Program-made: the position numbers and the translations under genes
Part shown: piece after piece, positions 11,607-21,702 of the stretch
Layout of the letters: every line of letters starts with the position of its first letter
How positions within the stretch are numbered: position 1 is the first letter of the stretch
Origin: an uncultured delta proteobacterium
GTDB lineage: Bacteria > Desulfobacterota > Syntrophia > Syntrophales > UBA2192
Direction of reading: 5' to 3'
Assembly: GCA_963705165.1 (NCBI GenBank)
Contig: CAVPJD010000033.1
Coordinates: 28,114-92,113 of the forward strand
Length of the DNA stretch: 64,000 nt
Notes under the pieces: model-generated
What the model was told of the DNA's origin: nothing
Seen by the model: only the letters and a program-made list of their open reading frames with translations
Database searches by the model: none

Positions 11607-12791
11607 CTATTTCCTGCAGAGCGCCATGACCTCGCCGAAGCCCTTCATGGAGTTGACGATTGTGGCATCGTCGACGCAGTAGGCGATCCGAAAGTAACCG
11701 GGTGCGCCGAAGCCGCTTCCGGGAACCGTGAGGATGTTTTTTTTCTGCAGGGCCCGAACGAACTCCACATCGTCGGCAATCGGGGTCTTCGGGAAGAGGT
11801 AGAAAGCCCCTTCGGGCTTAGTGAACTCGTACCCGTGTGCGGCAAGTCCGTCGCATAGAAGATCCCGCTTTCTTTTGTACTCCTGCACGTTGACCTTCGC
11901 ATCGAGGACCTTCGGCAGGACCCGCTGGATGAAGGCGGGCGCGTTGACGAAGCCGAGCATGCGGTTGCACATGACGAGGCCGCCCAACAGCAATTCAAGG
12001 CCGTCCGCCTCGGGGTTCACGGCGATGAATCCGATGCGCTCGCCGGGGACGGAGAGGGTTTTCGAATAGGAGTTGGCGATGAGACTGTGCCGATAAGCCT
12101 TCAGCAGGCTCGGGACCTTCACGCCGTCGTAGACGATCTTGTCGTAGGGTTCATCGGAGATGAGGTGGATGCTGCGTCCGAACTTCTTTCCCTTGTCCTC
12201 GAGCATCAACGCAAGGGCCCGGATCGAGGCCTCGTCATAAACCCGGCCCGTTGGGTTGTTCGGCGAGTTGATGAGGATCGCCTTCGTTCTCTCCGTGATG
12301 GCCTCCTCGATGGCCCACAGGTCGAGGGCGAAGTCCTCCTTCGTCTTCACCAGCTTCGTGACCCCGTTGTGGTTGTCCACGTAGGTCCGGTACTCGACAA
12401 AGAAGGGAACGGGGGTGATGACCTCGTCGCCGGGGTCGAGGAGGGTCTTCAGGATCACGTTCAGGGCCCCTGCAGCCCCGCAGGTCATGATGACATGCTC
12501 GGGCCCCAGTTTCACGCCGTGCTCCCTGCCCAGCTGGGCGGCCACGGCCGCCCTTGTCTCGGGATAGCCCGCGTTGGGCATGTATCCGTGCACACCCGGC
12601 CGCTCGTCTTTTGCCACTTCGAGGAAGGCCTTGAGCAGTTCCCGCGGCGGTTGCACATTCGGGTTCCCCAGGCTGAAATCGAAGACGTTCTCGGCCCCGA
12701 ACTGCTGCTTGAGCCGGATACCGTCCTCGAACATCTTCCGGATCCATGAGGACTGGGTGATCATTCCCTCGATCTTCTTTGAAACCGCCAT
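11607..12791 (-). CDS. Class I/II PLP-dependent (aspartate) aminotransferase
   Basis: DFSLGNP, INSPNNPTG, SDEPY, SYSKTLSVPGERIG (PLP lysine); ATG 12791 after AAGGAG. Confidence 0.93.
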   Translation of the reverse strand: MAVSKKIEGMITQSSWIRKMFEDGIRLKQQFGAENVFDFSLGNPNVQPPRELLKAFLEVAKDERPGVHGYMPNAGYPETRAAVAAQLGREHGVKLGPEHVIMTCGAAGALNVILKTLLDPGDEVITPVPFFVEYRTYVDNHNGVTKLVKTKEDFALDLWAIEEAITERTKAILINSPNNPTGRVYDEASIRALALMLEDKGKKFGRSIHLISDEPYDKIVYDGVKVPSLLKAYRHSLIANSYSKTLSVPGERIGFIAVNPEADGLELLLGGLVMCNRMLGFVNAPAFIQRVLPKVLDAKVNVQEYKRKRDLLCDGLAAHGYEFTKPEGAFYLFPKTPIADDVEFVRALQKKNILTVPGSGFGAPGYFRIAYCVDDATIVNSMKGFGEVMALCRK

Positions 12792-12814
12792 GGTTTCTCT
12801 CCTTTCGCAAAAAA

Positions 12815-12901
12815 CAGGCATGAGGCTACGGGCAACAGGTATTAGGAATGGTAGCAGTGTTTCTTTATTCCTGACGCCCAGTGCCTGGTGCCTGATGCCT
12901 G
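12815..12901. repeat. Inverted pair of heptamer arrays (CAGGCAT family)
   Basis: caggcat gaggcta cgggcaa caggtat taggaat ... cctgacg cccagtg cctggtg cctgatg cctg. Confidence 0.7.
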
Positions 12902-13014
12902 CGTTTGACTAGCACATCCGGCTCGCGGCCGTCAACAAAAGAGTCCCGAAACTGCTTGACATTTCGCAACCCTTCCTCTAACATCCCGACCGGTTTGGAG
13001 GGGGTGCAGAGGCC

Positions 13015-13908
13015 ATGATCATCGAAAAAGCCGGCAAGATTGTCGAGGGTCTCCACGCGCTGGCGGACATCGATCTGCCGGCCTGGCTCGTCACGGCCGA
13101 GACGCCTGCTCTCTTCGATGCCGGCATCACCTTCATGGGGCCCGTATACCTCAAGGAAATCCGCCGCATTCTCGGCGACGAAAACCGCCTTCGCTGGCTT
13201 TTCATCACCCACGCCCATTTCGACCACAGCGGAACGGCCCCTTATCTCAAGCGTCGCATCCCCGGACTCAAGGTGGCCGCAAGCCGGCTCGCCTCCGAGA
13301 TCTTCAAGAAGCCCAATGCCGTCAACCTCATCCAGAGCCTCAGCCGCGATTTCGAAGAGCAGTACAAAACGCTGTTCGGCAGCGAAGATATCCGGTTCGA
13401 CAGCCTGGAGGTGGACCGTATCCTCGAGGACGGGGAAACCGTAGACCTCGGCGGCGGCTGGACGTTCAGGGTGATCGCCACGCCGGGCCACACCCGCGAC
13501 GGCGTTTCGTTCTACTTCCCGAACATCAAGGCCCTCATCTGCGGCGAGGCCGCCGGCGTGCCAGACCGGAATTTCAAAATTCATCCGGAGTTTCTCGCCA
13601 GCTACAGGGATTACGTGGCTTCCCTGGAAAAACTGGCCGCCCTGGACGTGGAGATCATCATGCTCAGCCATTACTACGTCCTCACCGGCGCGGAGGCACG
13701 CAGCTACCTGAAGAAATCCCTGGAGAGCACCCTTGCGTTTTCCGAAAGGATCCGAAGCTGCCTCGCCGAGGCCGGCGGCAGCCAGGAGAGCGTCGTGAAG
13801 CGGATATTCAAGGAAGACCACCAGGACACGGGCGCCATCCAGCAGGCCGAAAGGCCTTACCTGATCAACCTTGCGGCCAAGGTGAAAGCCGTGGCCGAGA
13901 ACAAATAG
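13015..13908 (+). CDS. MBL-fold metallo-hydrolase
   Basis: THAHFDHSG (HxHxDH), TPGHT, MLSH. Confidence 0.9.
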   Translation: MIIEKAGKIVEGLHALADIDLPAWLVTAETPALFDAGITFMGPVYLKEIRRILGDENRLRWLFITHAHFDHSGTAPYLKRRIPGLKVAASRLASEIFKKPNAVNLIQSLSRDFEEQYKTLFGSEDIRFDSLEVDRILEDGETVDLGGGWTFRVIATPGHTRDGVSFYFPNIKALICGEAAGVPDRNFKIHPEFLASYRDYVASLEKLAALDVEIIMLSHYYVLTGAEARSYLKKSLESTLAFSERIRSCLAEAGGSQESVVKRIFKEDHQDTGAIQQAERPYLINLAAKVKAVAENK

Positions 13909-13951
13909 GCAGAGAGACGACCAAGACCCACACGAAAGGAGTGAGAGGTAC

Positions 13952-14626
13952 ATGAACATCTTGATATTCGGACCCAATGGAAGCGGCAAGGGAACCCAGG
14001 GCGCCACCGTCCAGAAGAAATACGGCGTTCCCCACATCGAAACGGGCGTGATCTTCCGTGAGAACATCTCCAAGGGAACGGAACTCGGGAAGAAGGCAAA
14101 AGTCTTTATCGACAAGGGCGACCTGGTTCCCGACGACATCACGATCCCCATGATCCTGGACCGCCTGCAGGAGGCAGACTGCGCGAAGGGCTGGCTCCTC
14201 GACGGATTCCCCCGCAACCTTGCCCAGGCCGAGGCCATGTGGAAGGCCCTCCAGGAGCGCAACATGAAACTCGACTTCGTCGTCGAGATCCTGCTTGCCC
14301 GCGAGATCGCCAAGAAACGCATCATGGGCCGGAGGCTCTGCCCCGTTGACAACAACCACCCGAACAACATCTTCATCGACGCCATCAAACCCGCCGAGAA
14401 GGGCGGAAAGATGGTCTGCAGGGTCTGCGGCGCCGACAACCTCAAGGCCCGCGCCGACGACCAGGACGAGGGCGCCATCGACAAGCGCCACGGCATCTAC
14501 TACGACACCAAGACGGGTTCGCTTGCGGCCGTGAACTTCTTCAAGCAGCGCGTGAAGGTGATCGAGGTGGACGGCACCCCCGGCGTGAAAGAGGTCGCCG
14601 AGGACCTCATGAAAAAACTGGGTTGA
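13952..14626 (+). CDS. adk: Adenylate kinase with metal-binding LID
   Basis: GPNGSGKGTQ, GDLVPDD, LLDGFPRN; LID C-x5-H-x19-C-x2-C. Confidence 0.97.
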   Translation: MNILIFGPNGSGKGTQGATVQKKYGVPHIETGVIFRENISKGTELGKKAKVFIDKGDLVPDDITIPMILDRLQEADCAKGWLLDGFPRNLAQAEAMWKALQERNMKLDFVVEILLAREIAKKRIMGRRLCPVDNNHPNNIFIDAIKPAEKGGKMVCRVCGADNLKARADDQDEGAIDKRHGIYYDTKTGSLAAVNFFKQRVKVIEVDGTPGVKEVAEDLMKKLG

Positions 14627-14653
14627 TTTTTTAATTATTTCAATGTATAAGAG

Positions 14654-14693
14654 AATCCTCCCGTCGGGATTGTCCCGGCGGGAGGATTTTTTT
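14654..14693 (+). terminator. Intrinsic terminator after adk
   Basis: aatcctcccgtcggga/tcccggcgggaggatt stem followed by a T run. Confidence 0.85.
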
Positions 14694-14768
14694 ATAATTA
14701 ATGAGATGGCAGAGAATTCTGGCAGAATTTTTAAGCGTTCTACGTTAACCGCTCTTGGCGAAGCGTCC

Positions 14769-14814
14769 TTCGACAGGCTCAGGATGACGGAACTGTCATG
14801 GTGAGCCTGTCGAA
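14769..14814. repeat. REP-like palindrome
   Basis: ttcgacaggctca...tgagcctgtcgaa perfect 13-bp arms with inner atgac/gtcat. Confidence 0.7.
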
Positions 14815-14900
14815 CCATGCGTGTGCAGCGAAGCGAGATTTAGAGCGGTCGAATAATGCCTGTTCACAAAGGAATTTTGTTCCATCGAATTGATAGCGAC

Positions 14901-16697
14901 ATGAAAAACATCCGCAACTTCAGCATCATCGCTCACATCGATCACGGCAAATCGACCCTCGCCGACCGCCTGATCCAGCATACGGGGGTCTCCGACGTGC
15001 GCAACTTCCGTGATCAGATCCTGGACAACATGGACATCGAGCGCGAGCGGGGAATCACGATCAAGAGCCAGGCCGTCACCCTGCCCTACCGCGCAAAGGA
15101 CGGCCAGGATTACATCCTCAACCTCATCGACACGCCGGGCCACGTGGATTTCACCTACGAGGTCTCCCGCTCCCTTGCCTCCTGCGAAGGGGTGCTGCTG
15201 CTCATCGACGCCGCCCAGGGGGTGCAGGCCCAGACGATCGCCAACCTGTTCCTCGCCATGGAGAACAACCTGGCGATCATCCCCGTCATCAACAAGATCG
15301 ACTTGCTGACGGCGGACGTGGACAGAGTCCTCGAGCAGATCGACGCCGAGCTGGGGCTCGACCCCTTCAGCCACATCAAGTGCTCTGCCAAGCAGGGGAT
15401 CGGAATCGAAGAGGTCCTGGAAGCCATCGTCGAGCGCATTCCTCCCCCGAAAGGCGACCCTGCAAAGCCGCTCTCGGCGCTCATCTTCGACGCCCAGTAC
15501 GATTCCTTCCGCGGCACCGTGATCTACTGCAGAGTCTTTGACGGTGCCGTCAAGCCCGGCGACATCATCCGCTTCATGTCCGAGGGTTCCACGCACAAGG
15601 TGGAGGAGGTGGGCCGCTTCGCCCTGACCCGGGACAAGAAGAATACCCTCTCGGCAGGGGATGTGGGTTACATCATCGCCGGCGTCAAGACCGTTTCCGA
15701 CGTCCGCATCGGCGATACGATCACCCTCGACGAGCGGCCTGCGGACCAAGCTCTTCCCGGGTTCAAGGAGATCAAGCCCGTCGTTTTTTCGTCCATTTAC
15801 CCCATCTCGTCGGAGGACTACGGGGATCTGACCGTCGCGCTGGAAAAGTACAAGCTCAACGACGCCGCCCTGGTGTACCAGAAGGACTCCTCCGTGGCCC
15901 TCGGGCTGGGATTCCGCTGCGGCTTCCTGGGTCTTCTGCACCTGGAGATCGTCCAGGAACGTCTCGAGAGGGAATTCGACCAGTCCATCATCCTCTCCGT
16001 GCCCAGCGTCCGCTATCGCTTCACCCTGAAGGACGGCAGCGTCGTTTGGGTGGACAACCCGTCCAACTACCCGGACCCCACGTCAATCGAGAAGGCCGAG
16101 GAGCCCTTTATCCGGGCCACCATGATCCTGCCCGAGAGATACCTTGGAGCCATCATGAAGCTCTGCACGGAGAAACGCGGCGCCAACTCGACGATGAGTT
16201 ACCTGAGCCCGGGCCGCGTGGAGATCATCTACGAGATGCCGCTTGCCGAGGTTCTTTTCGATTTCTACGACCGGCTCAAGACGGTGACCCAGGGATACGG
16301 GTCCTTCGATTACGACATCATCGACTACCGGGAGGGGACGCTCGTCCTTCTGGACATCCTGGTCAACGGCGAGAAGGTGGACGCCCTCTCCCAGATCGTC
16401 CACCGCGACAATGCCCGTCATCGGGGCGTCCATGCCTGCGACAAGCTCAAGGAAGAGATTCCCCGTCAGCAGTTCAAGATCGCGATCCAGGGGGCGATCG
16501 GCGGCGAGATCATCTCCCGCTCCACGATCAACCCATTCCGCAAGGACGTGACGGCCAAGTGCTACGGCGGTGACATCACGAGAAAACGAAAGCTCCTGGA
16601 GAAGCAGAAAAAAGGCAAGAAGCGCATGAAGATGGTGGGCACCGTGAGTATCCCCCAAAGCGCCTTTCTGGCAGTGCTGCAGTCGGACAACGACTGA
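14901..16697 (+). CDS. lepA: Translation elongation factor 4
   Basis: NFSIIAHIDHGKSTLADR, ERERGITIK, DTPGHVDF, C-terminal KDVTAKCYGGDITRKRKLLEKQK. Confidence 0.98.
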   Translation: MKNIRNFSIIAHIDHGKSTLADRLIQHTGVSDVRNFRDQILDNMDIERERGITIKSQAVTLPYRAKDGQDYILNLIDTPGHVDFTYEVSRSLASCEGVLLLIDAAQGVQAQTIANLFLAMENNLAIIPVINKIDLLTADVDRVLEQIDAELGLDPFSHIKCSAKQGIGIEEVLEAIVERIPPPKGDPAKPLSALIFDAQYDSFRGTVIYCRVFDGAVKPGDIIRFMSEGSTHKVEEVGRFALTRDKKNTLSAGDVGYIIAGVKTVSDVRIGDTITLDERPADQALPGFKEIKPVVFSSIYPISSEDYGDLTVALEKYKLNDAALVYQKDSSVALGLGFRCGFLGLLHLEIVQERLEREFDQSIILSVPSVRYRFTLKDGSVVWVDNPSNYPDPTSIEKAEEPFIRATMILPERYLGAIMKLCTEKRGANSTMSYLSPGRVEIIYEMPLAEVLFDFYDRLKTVTQGYGSFDYDIIDYREGTLVLLDILVNGEKVDALSQIVHRDNARHRGVHACDKLKEEIPRQQFKIAIQGAIGGEIISRSTINPFRKDVTAKCYGGDITRKRKLLEKQKKGKKRMKMVGTVSIPQSAFLAVLQSDND

Positions 16698-16704
16698 GAA
16701 GAAG

Positions 16705-16784
16705 GGAGCAATGGAGTCAGATGGAATAGTGGAACAATGGGTAAAGAGATTCCCCTTCGAGAGCAATCATTCCATTATTCCAAC
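16705..16784. repeat. Inverted pair of degenerate octamer arrays (GGAATAAT-like)
   Basis: ggagcaat...ggaatagt ggaacaat gg ... cattccattattcc. Confidence 0.6.
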
Positions 16785-16852
16785 TTATAAGACCCCCTTT
16801 GGGGCTGTGACAATCAGACAAGCAGATCGACACTGAGAAGAACAGAAAGCCG

Positions 16853-17966
16853 TTGCCGGCCTGTATATCCACGTCCCGTTCTGCCGGTCGAAGTGCGCCT
16901 ATTGCGATTTCTATTCGATCGCGGACGACTCGCAGCTGGACGCTATCTCGATGCGCTTTCCCTCGAGATGAGGTTTTACCGGGATTTCTCCCCCCTCTTT
17001 GACACCGTTTACATTGGAGGCGGAACGCCCTCATGCCTGGGCACACGCCAGCTGGCGGAACTCCTCGTTCGGGTCCGCAAGGCCTTCCCGATCGCCCCGG
17101 GTGCGGAGATCACCGTAGAGGTCAACCCGGGGGACGTCGATACGGTTTTCATGAGAGGGCTTCGCGATGCCGGCGTCAACCGGGTCAGCGTCGGGGTGCA
17201 GTCCTTCGACAGCAGCATCTTGAAATCCCTCGGAAGGCGTCACAACGGGCGCGAAAGCCGTGAGGCTCTCGAGGCTGCAAGGTGTGCCGGGTTTGACAAT
17301 GTCGGGATCGACCTTATTTACGGCGTGCCCGGCCAGTCGCACGAGGGCTGGCATGAAACGATGGAGACCGCCCTCGGGTTCAACCCCGAGCACCTGTCAT
17401 GCTACGAGCTGACCATCGAGGAAGGCACGCCTTTCCACCGCCGGATTGAACGGGGCGAGTTCAGCCTCCCCGGGGAAGAGGAGGCCTACCGGTTTTTCTC
17501 CATGACCTCGGCTTTTCTCGAACAGCGAGGGTACGACCATTACGAGGTGTCCAACTTCGCCCGGGAGCGCGTCCTTATCTCCAGGCACAACCACAAGTAC
17601 TGGGACCATACTCCCTGCCTGGGCCTCGGGCCGGCAGCCCATTCTTTCAACGGGAACCGGCGCTCGTGGAACCACCGCTGCCTCGAGCTCTACATGCGGG
17701 ATGTCAACAGCGGCCGTGCGCCCCTGGCAGGGGAAGAGGACCTCTCGCCGGAGCAGCTTCGACTGGAGGCCCTCTATTTCGGCTTCCGGACGAAACGGGG
17801 GATTCATGGCCCCGATTTCAAGGAGCGATACGGCATCGATTTGTTCCGGGAGAAAGGTCCCGCCCTGCGCTGCCTTCGGGATAAAGGGTTCGTCACCCTG
17901 GAGGATGAATTTCTTGCACCGACCCGAAGGGGACTGGCCCTGGCGGACCGCCTGTGCCTGCTGTAA
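16853..17966 (+). CDS. hemW: Radical SAM heme chaperone HemW (two apparent single-G deletions at about 16858 and 16938)
   Basis: GLYIHVPFCRSKCAYCDFYS (CxxxCxxC) in one frame continues as RYLDAL...YIGGGTPS...YEVSNFAR...HNHKYW in the next; follows lepA; start position uncertain. Confidence 0.85.
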
Positions 17967-18055
17967 ATATTTCAAGGAATTGCTTGATTCCTGTCGAAGA
18001 ATATGAGATTAAATTACGCTTCTGAATCGGCATGATAACTCTCATGAGGTGAAGT

Positions 18056-18145
18056 ATGGGCAGTGTCGTCAAAAAACGAAGGAAAAAGATCAGCAAGCAC
18101 AAGTACCGCAAGCGCCTGAAGGCCAATCGTCACAAGAACCGCTAG
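18056..18145 (+). CDS. bS22/AURKAIP1-COX24 family small basic ribosomal protein (29 aa)
   Basis: MGSVVKKRRKKISKHKYRKRLKANRHKNR*, with GAGGTG RBS; too short for the ORF track. Confidence 0.88.
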   Translation: MGSVVKKRRKKISKHKYRKRLKANRHKNR

Positions 18146-18359
18146 CGCCTTCAGGGGAATCCCCGCAGGCCATCTGTGGGGTTCCCCGATGCCGCATCCC
18201 GCCTGAACGAAAGGCCCGGTGAATCAAGAGGCAGAGGCCCTGGGTAAACCGCCGGCGACGCATCCGGTCGAAGAAATCATGACCCCGTTGCGACCGGGGG
18301 CATGGCACCGGGGCATGTGCGGGTGAGGATGACGAGCCAGGCCGATCGGGATTGGGTCC

Positions 18360-19861
18360 ATGGTTTTCACGCCCCGCAACAAACTGATCCTGTCCGTTAT
18401 CGCTTCCCTCTTTGCCTTCCGGCTGTTCACGATCCACGCGATCCAACTCTCCCCCGACGAAGCGTATTACTGGAACTGGGGCCAGCACCCCTCGCTTGCC
18501 TACTCCGACCATCCCCCCATGGTGGCCTGGGTGATGGCTTTCTTCACGGCGCTGGGCGGCAACTCGGAGCTTTTCGTCCGCCTCGGCGGCTTTCTTCTAT
18601 CGGCGGCGGCCCTTTTCTTTCTCTTTTCCACCGCAAGGACGCTTTTTCCCGCCCACCGGGACCTGCCCTGGGACGTTCTCCTCGCATTCAACGTGACGCT
18701 GCTCTTTCCCGCAGGCGGCATCATCCAGACGCCGGATACGCCCATGCTCTTCTTCTGGGCCGCCGCCACCTGGTGCGGAAGCCGGATCGTGGCGGGCGGG
18801 CCCGGGTGGTGGTGGTACGGCTGGGGGGCGTTCCTGGGCCTGGGCCTTCTCAGCAAGTACACCATGATCCTTCTGGTCCCCTGCACCTTCGGGTTTCTTC
18901 TGTGCTGCCCTTCGCTGCGACCCTGGCTTGCCCGGAAAGAACCCTGGCTCGGTCTTCTGATCGCATTCGTTCTCTTCTCGCCCGTCCTTTACTGGAACGC
19001 CCAGCACGACTGGCTTTCTTTTACCTATCAGCTCCGGCAGGGGTTTTCGCCCAAGCAAAAGGCCGCCCCCTGAAACTCCTGGAATATCTCGGCGGCCAGG
19101 CCGGCGTCATCACTCCGGTTCTCTTTGTCGCGTTTGCCGTGTACAGCGTGAAGGCGCTGCGGCTCAGTCTCGAGAAGGAGAATCCGGCTTACCTCTACCT
19201 CCTCTGCCTGTCATGGCCCGTTCTCGCCTTCTTCGGCTTCTCCACGGCCATGGGAAAGGTCGCCGAGGCGAACTGGCCCGCCCCGGCCTACATCGCCGGA
19301 TTCATCCTCGCAGGCGCCGTTTTTCATGACGTGTATGCATCCAGGCCGTCTCACAGGCGCTTTGTCGCCGCCGGAGTCGCCCTCGGCCTCCTTTTGAGTC
19401 TTGTCGTCCAGGTGCACTTGCTGAAGCCCTTTCTTCCCCTCCCCGCGGCTGCGGATCAGACACGGCAGTTCCATGGATGGCGGCAACTGGGCGGGCAGAT
19501 TTCCCGCATCGTCGATCAGCGGCCGTCCGATCGCGGTTATTTCCTGGTATCGGACAAAGGGACCACGGCGGCCGAAGCCGTTTTCTACAGCGGGGCAGCT
19601 CTGACGGGCGTCGACCTGTTCCAGCCCGAGCGCTACGTGTTCCTGGGGGATCTGTCGACCCTGAGGGGAAAGGATGCCGTCCTTGTGCTTCATGGCGCAA
19701 ACGAGGCGGGCCTGAAACGATACGAGGGGTACTTCGACTCGATCGAGCAGGCAGGTTCCCACGACAGCCTGTTCCGGGGCGTAAAGATCGACGGTCTCAG
19801 CGTTCAACTCTTCATCGGGAAGGGGTTTCGGGGGAGCTGGGCCGCCGCAGGCGGCAAATAG
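18360..19861 (+). CDS. ArnT/GT39 (PMT_2) family glycosyltransferase (one frameshift at the C run 19066-19070)
   Basis: DEAYYWNW, YSDHPPM, TPDTP, LSKYT, WNAQHDW; one extra C joins FSPKQKAAP to LKLLEYLGGQ. Confidence 0.85.
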
Positions 19862-19871
19862 CCGCCCTGCG

Positions 19872-19967
19872 GCAGTGACCAGTGTTCAGTGACCAGTGAC
19901 TAGTGAAATAAAGGAAATTGACAGCTTCCTTCACAAGCCACAAGCCACTAGCCACTTCTTTCACTGC
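19872..19967. repeat. Inverted pair of heptamer arrays (CAGTGAC / CACAAGC)
   Basis: cagtgac cagtgtt cagtgac cagtgac tagtgaa ... cacaagc cacaagc cactagc cacttct, between convergent genes. Confidence 0.8.
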
Positions 19968-19977
19968 TTTGAAGCGG

Positions 19978-20457
19978 CTACTTGCGTGCCCGGAACGTCC
20001 AGACGTGGTTGATGAGGTAGTTCAGCAGGGCCGTCATGCCGATCGCGAGGACATTCGCAGGAAGGTAGTGCATGTATTGCGTGAAGACATTTGTGAAGAT
20101 AATCTGCAGGGCGATGGCAAGCCAGCAGGCCGCGCAATACTGCATGAACTGGACGCCGATGGACTTGCGGAAGTGGGCCTTCCGGTCCCTCCAGGTCCAT
20201 GCCCGGTTCCAGATGAAATTGTGCAGCGTTGCGACGAAGATCGCTGTGGCCAGAGACAGGTTCAACCGCAGAGGCTCGGAGATGATTCCCCGGTAAAGGA
20301 ATTCCTGACCGACATAGACAACGGCCAGATTGACGAGTGTCCCCGCAAACCCGACTGCGCCGAACTTCGCGAAGCGCTGCTTCACCAGCCATTCCCCGCC
20401 GGGCAACCGTGACACGGCGTCCTTGACGGTCTGCTTGAACCGCAACAACCCGCTCAT
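19978..20457 (-). CDS. GtrA family membrane protein (lipid-linked sugar translocase-like)
   Basis: RFAKFGAVG...VN, NFIWNRAWTW, NYLINHVWTF; ATGA overlap with the upstream gene. Confidence 0.88.
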   Translation of the reverse strand: MSGLLRFKQTVKDAVSRLPGGEWLVKQRFAKFGAVGFAGTLVNLAVVYVGQEFLYRGIISEPLRLNLSLATAIFVATLHNFIWNRAWTWRDRKAHFRKSIGVQFMQYCAACWLAIALQIIFTNVFTQYMHYLPANVLAIGMTALLNYLINHVWTFRARK

Positions 20458-21658
20458 CGAACCGGTTCCTCCGCCAGCAACTCCAGCGCACAGGCCAGAA
20501 CCGTCTCGGGCTGTATGACCTTGAGGCACTGATTGTCGCCATCACAGGGCGAATTGCGGTGATTGTAGGCCGTCAGGCAGGGCGAGCAGGCAATCCCTCC
20601 GAAAAACACCTTCGCCGAGGGGCTGTTCGGCCCGTACAGGTCCGGCGTCTCGGGGCCGAAAAAAAGGATCGACCGGATCGGCGTCATGACGGCAAATTGC
20701 CCGGGACCGCCGTCGTTGGTGATCAACAGAGACGAGAAGTGGAACAGGACCAGCAGCTCCCGGATCGTCTTCGTGTAACCGGTCAGATCGATGCACAGGG
20801 GGCTTCGGCAATGCTCCTGGATGGTCCTGGCGAGAGCCTCGTCGGCGGGCAGCCCGACAATCGCCACGGCAACCCCCCTGTCAATAAGGTCCTTCGCCGT
20901 CCGGCAGAAATACTCCAGGGGCCAGGCCCGGATCGGCAGGATGCCCCCGCTGGGGTAGATCAGCACGAGTCTTTTTCCCGCCACCGCGGGGAAATCCCCG
21001 AGGAGCCTCTTCTGCATCGCCTCCTGCTCCCCTTCCCTCAGGCGCAGCCTCGGGGCCACCTTGGGGACATCCGCAAAGGAAGCCTGCTTGTTTTTCGGCA
21101 CGGAGGGCGACTCGATGGCGTCCACGAGGGCCAGGAACTGGTCGCTGATGTGGCGATAGGGATTGTACAGGACGGGCCGGTTGATGAAATCGCCGCGGTA
21201 GAGGCCTTCCATCGTATGCCGGTGGAACCCGACCCGCAGGGGCGCCCCGCTGAAAAAGGAGAAGATGCTGCTCACGCGGGCGAAAAGCTCGCAGTCGATG
21301 ACGACGTCGAAGCGCAGTTCCCGCATTTTCCGGATTGCGGCAAGGCTGTCGCTGACGAGCCCCCCGAGTGAGCCTTCGCCGAGTGTCATCACGTTTTCAG
21401 GGGGGATGACATCCAGGAGATCGAGGATCTCCCGGTTCTTCTCGAATACCATGGCGTGGATCGAGGCCTGGGGGTACTTTTCCCGGATTCTCCTGAACAT
21501 GGAGCAGCCCAGCACGAGGCTTCCCATCTCGGACAGAAGGATGATCAGGATCCGTTGGGGCGTCCCGCGGGCTCACGGTTTCCCGAAAAGAGGGACAACG
21601 CCCGGCAGATGAGCGGCCCGAGGCCCTGATCGATCTTTCTTTGTACGCCAACATCCAT
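20454..21658 (-). CDS. Glycosyltransferase family 9 (heptosyltransferase-like; one frameshift at 21557-21560)
   Basis: MDVGVQRKIDQGLG...PQRILIILLSEMGS, FDVVIDCE, IDLTGYT, LITNDGGPGQ, FFGP, CSPC. Confidence 0.85.
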
Positions 21659-21702
21659 CTCTGATCGGTTGTCCTTATTCGCGACAGGAGAATATCGATA
21701 CG

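Noticed and set aside
16807..16860. In-frame TGA upstream of hemW as selenocysteine or read-through
   Set aside because: It is not at a conserved Cys position; a single missing G giving TTG-CCG-GGC-CTG (MPGLYIHVPFC) is a simpler explanation.
18146..18359. Possible ncRNA or extra ORF between the bS22-like gene and the ArnT-like gene
   Set aside because: Only one clear hairpin and a short GTG ORF; it may be a frameshifted N-terminal extension, but there is not enough evidence to call.
19066..19070. Phase variation by slipped-strand mispairing at the frameshift sites
   Set aside because: Tracts are only 2-6 nt, shorter than typical contingency loci; assembly error is more likely.
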